Source of the DNA: an uncultured Planctomycetaceae bacterium
GTDB taxonomy: Bacteria; Planctomycetota; Planctomycetia; Planctomycetales; Planctomycetaceae
Assembly (NCBI GenBank): GCA_963815195.1
Contig: CAWFGE010000006.1
Location: 64,001-128,000 of the forward strand
DNA length: 64,000 nucleotides
Direction: 5' to 3'
Position 1 is the stretch's first letter. Every line of letters starts with the position of its first letter. Positions 9,691 through 17,034 of the stretch are shown piece after piece. Under the pieces are notes generated by a model. The model saw nothing but the letters and a program-made list of their open reading frames with translations. It was not told where the DNA came from and ran no database searches. A program made the position numbers and the translations under genes.

Positions 9691-11400
9691 ATGTCGCTCA
9701 AACCTCCCCAGAATCCCGTTGACTTCCACAAAGCCATCGAAATCTGCCGGCAGTTGAATCTGCCCCCCAAGGCCCGGGCGGAGACGCTCATCTATTTAGT
9801 GATGGAGCAGGGGCTGGATTTGGCGCCGGCCCTTGCGGAGATTCTCAATGAGGCCGACGAAGGCCGGGTCAAAAAGGCCGAGGAAGACGAGGAACACACC
9901 CCTCTGTTGCCGGTGCGGTTCATCGCGCATGTGAAAGTGGGCGGCAAAGCGTACGCGGTCGTGACCGGTCCGCAGGGCACGACTTATCTGCCTTGCTCCG
10001 ATCAGGAGATCAAGGGGCTCGAGTTCGGGGATTCGGTGCTCGTCGATTCCAAGAAAGGCCGCGTGGTCGGCCGCGACGGCGCGGTCCCCCCGGCCGGGGA
10101 AGTCGTGCCGGTGGACAGCTTGTCCGCCGACGATGCCGGGCAGGTCGTGGTCAAAGTCCAGGAGCAGGAAGTCATGGCCCGCGTGCCGCTCAAACTCCGC
10201 CGGGAATCGCCGATCCAGCCGGGACAGCGGGTGATCTTCGACGCGGCGACGCGGTTCATCGACCAGGTCGTCCACAGCGGTTCCGACGGCGAGGAGTTGT
10301 TGACCGATCTGGATTCGCTGGATTCGGTCTCCCGCGCCGATTTGGGCGCGCCGCATCCGGTGCTGGACGACATGCTGTTCCGCATCCGCCAGGACGTTTT
10401 GTATCCCGAATGGGCCCGGCAAATGGGGGCCCGGCTTTCGGCGAGCTACCTGCTCTCCGGCCCGACCGGCACCGGCAAAACGATGCACCTCAAAGTCCTG
10501 GCCCGCGAAGTGGCCGACTTCCTCGAAGACCTCACCGGCGAACGCACCAGTCCGCTGATCACCGTCGATGCCAATTCCTTCTATTCGCCCTGGTTCGGCT
10601 CGACGGAAAGCAAGATTCATTCCTTCTTCGAGCGGCTCCACAAATTGGGGGCCAAACAGATGACGACCAAGGACGGCGTCATCGCGACGCGGCCGCTGAT
10701 CGTTACGCTCGAAGAATGCGAAGCCCTCCTGCGGTCGCGCGGCGAAATGGGAGGCAGCGGGCATTTGTTCGATCGGCCTCTGTCGCTGATCCTGCAGAAA
10801 ATCAGTTCGCTGGGGAACGATCTCCACATGCCGGTGTATTTCGTCGCCACCACCAATCGGCCCGACTTGTTGGATGCGGCGGCCCGGCGGCGGATCGGGA
10901 TTCGGCACGTCGTGTTGGGCACATTGACTGCCGCCCAAGCCGCGAGCGTCCTGGAAACCAAACTCGGGCCTTCGATGAAGTACCGCGGGGCGGAGGCTGC
11001 GGATCAATCCCGGCAGCAACTCGTCCAGCAGGTGCTGAATTTCCTGTTCGCGGGGGATGATGCGGCGCAGGGGATTGCGGAGGTGCGGTTCCTCGACAAC
11101 AACCGCCGCACGCTCTGCCGCCGGCATCTCGTGACCGGGGCGATGCTGGAAGAAGCCGTGAGCGCCGCCACGGACGACTGCCTCAAAGAAAGTGCCGAGG
11201 CGGGCGAACTCGTGGGCATCGATGCCCAGGGGGTGATTCGCTCGCTGGAGTCGCAATTCCGCAGCCTGGCGGGAACGCTGCGAGCCCACAACCTGCCCGA
11301 ATATTGCCCGCAATGGTTCGCGGACGAGCCGTTGCGCGTGGAGCACGTCCGCCCGCTCGCCGGCCGCACCCGCCGCCCGGCCTCGTGGGCGGTCAATTAA
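9691..11400 (+). CDS. ARC/Mpa-like (proteasomal-type) AAA+ ATPase
   Basis: Short N-terminal helical region, two OB-like segments (LEFGDSVLVD; IQPGQRVIFD), Walker A GPTGTGKT, pore loop SPWFGSTESKI, Walker B variant IVTLEECE, ATTNRPDLLDAAARRR, and ARC-like AEVRFLDNNRRTL..HLVTGAMLEEAV. Confidence 0.8.
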   Translation: MSLKPPQNPVDFHKAIEICRQLNLPPKARAETLIYLVMEQGLDLAPALAEILNEADEGRVKKAEEDEEHTPLLPVRFIAHVKVGGKAYAVVTGPQGTTYLPCSDQEIKGLEFGDSVLVDSKKGRVVGRDGAVPPAGEVVPVDSLSADDAGQVVVKVQEQEVMARVPLKLRRESPIQPGQRVIFDAATRFIDQVVHSGSDGEELLTDLDSLDSVSRADLGAPHPVLDDMLFRIRQDVLYPEWARQMGARLSASYLLSGPTGTGKTMHLKVLAREVADFLEDLTGERTSPLITVDANSFYSPWFGSTESKIHSFFERLHKLGAKQMTTKDGVIATRPLIVTLEECEALLRSRGEMGGSGHLFDRPLSLILQKISSLGNDLHMPVYFVATTNRPDLLDAAARRRIGIRHVVLGTLTAAQAASVLETKLGPSMKYRGAEAADQSRQQLVQQVLNFLFAGDDAAQGIAEVRFLDNNRRTLCRRHLVTGAMLEEAVSAATDDCLKESAEAGELVGIDAQGVIRSLESQFRSLAGTLRAHNLPEYCPQWFADEPLRVEHVRPLAGRTRRPASWAVN

Positions 11401-11403
11401 CCC

Positions 11404-11552
11404 GGCGAGCGGGGGGCGTCAGCCCCCTGGTTACGTCGAGAGTTGAAACCGCGAAGAACCCAAAGAGACACAAACAGAACCAAAACCGAAAAGCGACAAT
11501 GTGAACCAACCGGTAGCCAATACAACCAGGGGGCTGACGCCCCCCGCTCGCC
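11404..11552. repeat. REP-like element, perfect 29-bp inverted repeat
   Basis: ggcgagcggggggcgtcagccccctggtt (11404-11432) / aaccagggggctgacgccccccgctcgcc (11524-11552); related arms at 20216-20244, ~43416, ~51017, ~59940. Confidence 0.85.
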
Positions 11553-11583
11553 TGAAACATTTTTTTCAACAAGGAGAACTCTC

Positions 11584-11898
11584 ATGAACTTTCGATTGCT
11601 CAAGAAGAAACTCGATTCCGAAATCCAACCGCAACAGCCCCTCGGCGGCGGAGGCGATCCTTCCGGCGGCGATGGCTGTCCGCAGGGCAGCGTGTTCTGC
11701 CGGCATGGGATTCATTCCGGCTGGTTTCCCATCGCGGGGATGCGGCTGGGCGACGCCCGGCCGATTCTCAATCAGTTGCTCAACATCGACCCCGAAGCCG
11801 TCGCCGTGATCAACGGCCAGATTGTCAACGACGATTTCATCATCGGCGAGGATGTCGAGCTTTTGAACTTCGTCAAGAAATCTTCAATCAAAGGCTGA
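11584..11898 (+). CDS. Ubiquitin-like/ThiS-MoaD-type beta-grasp protein 1 (C-terminal Gly, ...KKSSIKG)
   Basis: RBS aaggag; GMRLGDAR..LNIDPEAVAVINGQIVNDDFIIGEDVELLNFVK..G pattern; Gly/Pro-rich N-terminal tail. Confidence 0.8.
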   Translation: MNFRLLKKKLDSEIQPQQPLGGGGDPSGGDGCPQGSVFCRHGIHSGWFPIAGMRLGDARPILNQLLNIDPEAVAVINGQIVNDDFIIGEDVELLNFVKKSSIKG

Positions 11899-11901
11899 CC
11901 G

Positions 11902-12201
11902 ATGACGCGTCCTTCAAACCAACATCCCAAACCCGCAAAAGCCGTCCTCGAAAACGAGGCCGCTCGCGAAGGCCCCGAAGAATCGCCCCAGGGCATCTTT
12001 TGCCGTCACGGGATTTTTTCGGGCCGGTTTCCCATTGCGGGCCTGCGGCTCGGCGAGGTTCGGCCGGTGCTCAGCCGGTTGCTTAACATCGATCCCGAAG
12101 CCGCGGCGGTGGTGGATGGGCGGTTGGTGGGAGACGACTTTCTCATCGGTGACGACGTGGAACTTTTGAATTTCATCAAACCTTCTGGAATCATGGGGTG
12201 A
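11902..12201 (+). CDS. Ubiquitin-like beta-grasp protein 2 (tandem paralogue, ...KPSGIMG)
   Basis: 47/67 identical residues to 11584-11898 over the core (counted by hand); unrelated N-terminal tail. Confidence 0.8.
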   Translation: MTRPSNQHPKPAKAVLENEAAREGPEESPQGIFCRHGIFSGRFPIAGLRLGEVRPVLSRLLNIDPEAAAVVDGRLVGDDFLIGDDVELLNFIKPSGIMG

Positions 12202-13025
12202 CGTTTATGACTGCATCGACGCTCGAGGAGATCCTCCTCAACGACAAAGAATACGAAGTTCGCGGCGGGGACGGCGAACCGTTCCGGGGCCAACTCGGCG
12301 ACCTCATCGACGCGGTGCGGAAAAACGCCATCGTCGGATTCGAGGAAAACCCGCTACCCAAGAACAACCTGGCGTGGAAAATCGAAGCGGGGCCGCTCAC
12401 GGTGTGCATTGTGGAATTGGAGCCGGCCTTTCGCGTGCTCCAGTGGATTCACCCGGAAAGCGCGATGCCTTACGGTCCCGAGGCGATTTACACGCCCCGC
12501 AGCCTGGCCACGCCTTACGTGGTGCTCAAGGTGTCTTTCGTGGCGGGACACATCACCTCGCGGGCGGAACTGTTTTACCGCAACCGCCGGCTGGCGAATT
12601 TGAATGATGAACTCTACTGGCCGAACCTGCTCAACGTCAGCCCCCACGCCTACGGCTGCCGGGCCTGGATCTGCACGCAGTATCTGCGGACCGAGCATTT
12701 TCAGCCGGGCGTCACCCAGGGGCTCGATGCGCTGCTCCATCATCTGTGGGGCGGCGGATTCAACCGCTCCAGCGAACGTCACGAAGGCAACTCGGCCTTC
12801 AGCAAGGCGGCCAAGGACAAGATCGATTCCCGCGTGACCGACGTGGGCCGCTGGGAGCAGGAATCGATCAAGAACCCCCGCTTCGTGTTGGATGTGAAAT
12901 GGAAACCGGTGGGCGTCACCGTGCGGCAGTTGATTCAGGATGAGCTGGATCACCACAAACCCGTCCGCGACCTGAGCCGCACGGGGGAACTCGTCAACCT
13001 GCTCTCCATGACCCGCCGGTCGTGA
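12198..13025 (+). CDS. Prokaryotic E2-like protein (Prok-E2 family D / PRTRC protein B-like)
   Basis: GTGA overlap with the Ubl stop; SLATPYVVL, ELYWPNLLNVS...WICTQ (candidate catalytic Cys), LWGGGFN; flanked by Ubl, JAB and ThiF. Confidence 0.65.
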   Translation: MTFMTASTLEEILLNDKEYEVRGGDGEPFRGQLGDLIDAVRKNAIVGFEENPLPKNNLAWKIEAGPLTVCIVELEPAFRVLQWIHPESAMPYGPEAIYTPRSLATPYVVLKVSFVAGHITSRAELFYRNRRLANLNDELYWPNLLNVSPHAYGCRAWICTQYLRTEHFQPGVTQGLDALLHHLWGGGFNRSSERHEGNSAFSKAAKDKIDSRVTDVGRWEQESIKNPRFVLDVKWKPVGVTVRQLIQDELDHHKPVRDLSRTGELVNLLSMTRRS

Positions 13026-13083
13026 ATGACCAAAGAATGATCGCAACTCTGTTTTCAAGCGGACGGGGTCCCACGCCCCTGAT

Positions 13084-13144
13084 CGCAGCGAAGGGCGTGG
13101 CGATCGCAAAGACCACGCCCTTCGTTCCTCAGGGCGTGCCACCC
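13084..13144 (+). repeat. Dispersed palindromic repeat; inverted copy at 59835-59895
   Basis: cgcagcgaagggcgtggcga...gaccacgcccttcgttcctcagggcgtgccaccc, near-identical reverse complement at 59835-59895. Confidence 0.8.
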
Positions 13145-13202
13145 GTGTCACTCAAGTCTCTAGCCACTTTTGTGAAACACAACTCGCAAAGGACCAACTG
13201 CC

Positions 13203-14078
13203 ATGAACTTTGAGATTCTCATCAAAACGCTCCACACCGAGCTGCCCGAACTCAAGCCGGGGCAGTTTCGGTATGTGCTCGGGCGGGACGGTTTGCACGT
13301 GGAACGGGCCACGCCGATGTATACGAGCAGCGTGAAAGTCGACGGCCCGGTTCCGTTTCTCGCGGAGCATCCCCAGCAATGCCGGCTCAATTGCGGGCCG
13401 ATTCCCTCGAACATGCTCCGGCAGATGGTGGGCTTTTTCCAGGCGGCCTACCACATGCACGGCGGCGAAGCGGCCCTCGTTCTGTTGTACTTTCCCGCAA
13501 CCGGAAAGTTCGCCTGGCATTGCCCGAAGCAGACGATTCGGATGTATTCGTCGTGGGGCAAGTTCCGCGCGGACGATTCGGTGGAATACGACAACCCGCT
13601 GTCGCTGCCGGCGGGCGCGGTGCAATTCGGCGATGCCCATTCCCACATCGGCCCACCGATCCCTTCGATCATGGATCAAAACGATGAAGCCCATTTGGAT
13701 GGCCTGCATATCATCGTGGGAAACATCTCCAGCCGGTTTCCACGATGGCACATTGATTTTTGCATCGACGGCCACCGCTTCTCGGTGCCGACCGACATGA
13801 TTCTCGAAGCCGTCCCCGAAGCCCCATTTCCGGAACCGCCGGTCGGATGGACGCAGCAAATCCAGTTGGTTTATCCCTCGTGGAAAACCGAATCCTACTC
13901 GGCTTCCAAGCCGCGAACGTCCACGTGGAGCAGTTCAAGCCACTCCCGCTTCGGCTCCTCCAAGAACCAGAACGGTTCCGGCAGCCGGGACTCTGTGGAA
14001 GAGAACGACGAGTCGCCTCCGTCTGCATCCGAGAAACCCGCCGCCGAATCCCAACCCAGCGACGAGGATGAATCATGA
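13203..14078 (+). CDS. Prok-JAB metallopeptidase (PRTRC protein A-like)
   Basis: YVLGRDG N-terminus, GPIP..LRQMVGFF, GEAALVLLY, DAHSH..PSIMDQNDE..DGLHIIVGNI; Ser-rich/acidic disordered tail. Confidence 0.85.
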   Translation: MNFEILIKTLHTELPELKPGQFRYVLGRDGLHVERATPMYTSSVKVDGPVPFLAEHPQQCRLNCGPIPSNMLRQMVGFFQAAYHMHGGEAALVLLYFPATGKFAWHCPKQTIRMYSSWGKFRADDSVEYDNPLSLPAGAVQFGDAHSHIGPPIPSIMDQNDEAHLDGLHIIVGNISSRFPRWHIDFCIDGHRFSVPTDMILEAVPEAPFPEPPVGWTQQIQLVYPSWKTESYSASKPRTSTWSSSSHSRFGSSKNQNGSGSRDSVEENDESPPSASEKPAAESQPSDEDES

Positions 14079-14896
14079 TGAATCCCGACACCGAAAAACC
14101 AACGACCGCCGCGGAGAAAATCGCCCGGCAACTGGAAACCCGCTGGCTCGCCGAGGGCCGGATTGTGGTCATCGGCCTGGGCGGAATCGGGTCGATTCTC
14201 GCCCGGTATCTGGTGCTGTTTCTGGCGAGCCTGCCGGACGAGTTTCGCGTGCTGCTTGCCGACGGCGACAGTTTTGAACCGGACAACACCTACCGCATGG
14301 ATGTGCCCGGCTATCAGAACAAGGCCGTGGCGATGGACATGGAACTCAGCGAGCGGTTCGGCCGCGAGGGTTTGGTGATCCGCTCGAAAGCGAAATATCT
14401 CAGCCCCGGCAACACGGACGACCTGATCCGCGAGGGCGACTTCGTGCTGCTCTGCGTCGACAACCATGCCACCCGCAAACTCGCCAGCGACCGGTTAAGC
14501 GAACTCGATAACGGGGCGATCGTCTCCGCGGGCAACGACGGCGTCGGCGACGGCGAGCGGGGCACTTATGGGAACCTGCAGATCTACGCCCGGCAAAACG
14601 GGGAAACCATCGCCGGCGGGCCCTTCGATATGTTTCATCCCGAAATCGCCGAGCCGGAGGATGTCTTCCCCGACGAAATGGACTGCATGGAACTGGCCGC
14701 ACAAGGGGCGCCGCAACTTTTGCCGATGAACCTGGCGATGGCCTCGGCGATGCTCTCGGCGGTGCTCCGGTTTCTGATGCCTCCGCCAGACGAATCGATG
14801 TACGACGAGGTGTGCCTCGATATTTTGGAAGCCACGGCCGTTCCGCAATGGCTGACCCGGCCGCAAAAACGCCCGAAGCCTTCGACCCCCGTTTGA
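14075..14896 (+). CDS. ThiF/E1-like activating enzyme (PRTRC ThiF-like)
   Basis: ATGA overlap; IGLGGIGS, DGDSFEPDNTYR, NKA, CVDNHATR, candidate catalytic Cys in MDCMELAAQGAPQLLPMN. Confidence 0.9.
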   Translation: MMNPDTEKPTTAAEKIARQLETRWLAEGRIVVIGLGGIGSILARYLVLFLASLPDEFRVLLADGDSFEPDNTYRMDVPGYQNKAVAMDMELSERFGREGLVIRSKAKYLSPGNTDDLIREGDFVLLCVDNHATRKLASDRLSELDNGAIVSAGNDGVGDGERGTYGNLQIYARQNGETIAGGPFDMFHPEIAEPEDVFPDEMDCMELAAQGAPQLLPMNLAMASAMLSAVLRFLMPPPDESMYDEVCLDILEATAVPQWLTRPQKRPKPSTPV

Positions 14897-14921
14897 CCAA
14901 CCGAAGAGAGAGGAGCCTTTA

Positions 14922-15548
14922 ATGAAAACGTTCTGCCTGCATCCCATCCGCCGGGCGGTGCTCGATTCCGATCCGCCGCTGTTGTGCATTTCGTCCGCCG
15001 ATTGCCGGGAGGCCCCGCGGATGGTCTGGATCACCAAACGGGGCCGCTTGCGGAGTTCCCCTGCTCAACAAGTCCACGAAACCGCCCGGCGGATGGCGCG
15101 CCTCTTGTACCGCGATGCGGGCCACGGCAATTCGCAATGGCTCTTTGCGCCGCTGTGTGACGAAGTGCTGCACAATGGCATCCGGCCGCTGGCGATCGCG
15201 ATCATCGAACCGGGCGACGTGCTCGCCCTCGGCGAAGAATGCTGGTTCGCGTCGGAACTCTGGCGGCCGGCCCCGGTCCCGGCTCCGGAAAACATCGCCG
15301 AGAAGGAATGCTCCGTCTGCGGCGGCCCGCTCAAATTGGCCCCGGTCATCCAATGCCCCTGCGGGCGGTATTATCACCTCGAGCATCCCGAAACCCCGGA
15401 CGATCCGCAGGCGTTGAATTGCTACCTGACGGCCGGCATGTGCGGATTGTGCGAACGCAAGCCGAGCCTCGAACCGCAGTTTCTCCCAACGCCGCCGGAA
15501 GAATTGATCCCGGAAGACCACCTCGCCGCCGCGCTTGCCGCGGTGTGA
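14922..15548 (+). CDS. FHA-like + C4HC3 zinc finger (Prok-RING/PHD-like) protein, candidate E3
   Basis: RBS aggag; VLHNGIRPLAIAIIEPGDVLALG resembles the FHA C-terminal strands; CSVC-x11-CPC-x4-H-x14-C-x6-CGLC gives eight Zn ligands. Confidence 0.65.
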   Translation: MKTFCLHPIRRAVLDSDPPLLCISSADCREAPRMVWITKRGRLRSSPAQQVHETARRMARLLYRDAGHGNSQWLFAPLCDEVLHNGIRPLAIAIIEPGDVLALGEECWFASELWRPAPVPAPENIAEKECSVCGGPLKLAPVIQCPCGRYYHLEHPETPDDPQALNCYLTAGMCGLCERKPSLEPQFLPTPPEELIPEDHLAAALAAV

Positions 15549-15711
15549 ATGCGTTTCGCGATTGGAAAGGATTGAACCACCGATAAACGAATAAGACGAA
15601 TAAAGACCCACATGGCTTTTATCCGCGCGCCTCCGCGTTCTCCGCGGTCCATATCTTTGGCTTTGTTTGATTCGTCGCTCAACGCGGCTTGATCTTGTGA
15701 GAGGTATTGTC

Positions 15712-16875
15712 ATGGCTCAAGAGGTTTTATCCGAACACGATTTGGCTTCGTGTTGGCCGGCGATTCCCAGTGTGGACTGGCGGCTCCTCGGACAAACGCG
15801 ATTTGTGTTCGTGGGCGCGGGGGCGGTGAATCGGCCGCTGGCATTCCAGTTGGCGTGGTTGGGGATGAAGGGGTGCATCGTCATCGATCCCAAACCGTAC
15901 AAATCCCAAAGCGTCATTTCGCAATGCAAACCTTGCGAAGTCGGGCGGTTTAAAGCCGAAGTTGTCGCGGAGGAGCTTCAGAAGCGGGGCGTCGCGGCGA
16001 CGCCCTTCGTGAAAGACGTGGACGTGGTGCCGCCCGGCTATTTGGAAGGGGACAGCCTCGTCATCGTGGCGGTGGACAATCGCCGGGCCGACATTTGTGC
16101 GAACCGCTTCGCCGCCCGCATGCGCCGGCCGCTGGTGAAAGTCAACGTGGATCCCAATTACCTCACCGCGTCCATTCGCTGTTACGACCTGCGAAACGGT
16201 CCCCTCGCTCTGTGCGCGGAATGCCAAATGACGGATCGGCATTACGAAGAGCAACGGCACCCCTTAAGCTGCGACGGCGGCGAAGTGGGAGAACAAGCCA
16301 CAGGCAGCCCGCGGCCGCTCAGCCAGTTCGCCGCGAATGCCGCGGCTTTGGCCGTCGCCCAAATCGCCGGTTCGCCCGACGAATGGGCCAAGACCTGGTG
16401 GGGAAAGCAATGGCAGCAAAACCTGTTGGGCGGCCGGGGCTTTTTTTCGGATCTCGAACCCAACCCCCATTGCCGCTGGGATCACGCCGCGGCTTGGGAT
16501 CCGCTGATCTTCCTGCCGCACGATCAGCCCATCAGCCTCTCGCATCTGGCCAAGGGAACATTCGGCTCAATGCCGACTTGGGAAGTCGAGTTTTCCGCGC
16601 GGGTCGCGACGCGGATGGTCTGTTCCCAATGCCGAGCCTCCGAGGAAGGCGTGTGGTGGGTCGCGGAACTCGACCGGCCGGTGACGCGTTGCGGTTGCGG
16701 CGGCGAGAGTTTTGCGCTGCCGTTCTTCACCCACAAAAAACTCCCGGCCGCGGAGCTCGAATCCGTTTGGAACCGGCCGCTCGCCGCGTGGGGCGTGACG
16801 CCGGGTTCTGTTCTCCGCTTCGCCTCGGCTTCCAAGAACCAAATGTACTGTTTGCGCGTTCCAAGATTGCCTTAG
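15712..16875 (+). CDS. E1/ThiF-family enzyme with C-terminal Zn ribbon and ubiquitin-fold-like domain
   Basis: RBS gaggt; FVGAGAV, EVGRFKAEV, AVDNRRA, CAEC, PLSC (candidate catalytic Cys), CSQC...CGC, RPLAAWGVTPGSVLRF. Confidence 0.8.
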   Translation: MAQEVLSEHDLASCWPAIPSVDWRLLGQTRFVFVGAGAVNRPLAFQLAWLGMKGCIVIDPKPYKSQSVISQCKPCEVGRFKAEVVAEELQKRGVAATPFVKDVDVVPPGYLEGDSLVIVAVDNRRADICANRFAARMRRPLVKVNVDPNYLTASIRCYDLRNGPLALCAECQMTDRHYEEQRHPLSCDGGEVGEQATGSPRPLSQFAANAAALAVAQIAGSPDEWAKTWWGKQWQQNLLGGRGFFSDLEPNPHCRWDHAAAWDPLIFLPHDQPISLSHLAKGTFGSMPTWEVEFSARVATRMVCSQCRASEEGVWWVAELDRPVTRCGCGGESFALPFFTHKKLPAAELESVWNRPLAAWGVTPGSVLRFASASKNQMYCLRVPRLP

Positions 16876-17034
16876 CCGCGTAGCGGCGGCGGCAATTCTT
16901 CACGAGTCGCATTGAACAAAAGCGATTTCACAGAAAACCATTGCTGTCGCCGCTTCGCGGCTTGCTATTTCTCATCGAGCAATTCTCTCTGCGGGCTGAC
17001 GCCCGCAGCTATCTGCTGTCGCCGCTTCGCGGCT
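16874..17034. repeat. REP-like cluster closing the Ub-like cluster
   Basis: agccgcgtagcggcggcggcaa (16874) inverted to ttgctgtcgccgcttcgcggct (16941 and 17014); hairpin ctgcgggctgacgcccgcag. Confidence 0.75.

Noticed and set aside
9796..11346. Long antisense/alternate-frame ORFs (e.g. 9796-11346, 22074-23597, 27947-29428, 47347-49134, 55219-56742)
   Set aside because: Shadows of real genes in high-GC DNA; no motifs, Arg/Gly/Pro-biased composition
11584..16875. Thiamine/molybdopterin/cysteine sulfur-carrier operon (ThiS/MoaD + ThiF/MoeB)
   Set aside because: No thiG, moaE, cysM or rhodanese nearby; E2s, a RING-like finger and an ARC-like ATPase point to protein conjugation
6433..16875. CBASS/Pycsar type II (Cap2/Cap3) or classical Pup-proteasome locus
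   Set aside because: No CD-NTase/cyclase or effector, E1 and E2 are not fused, and no pup/pafA/dop/prcAB is seen
4187..16875. Prophage or ICE carrying the cluster
   Set aside because: No integrase, transposase, relaxase, phage structural genes, tRNA or att-like repeats recognised at the borders
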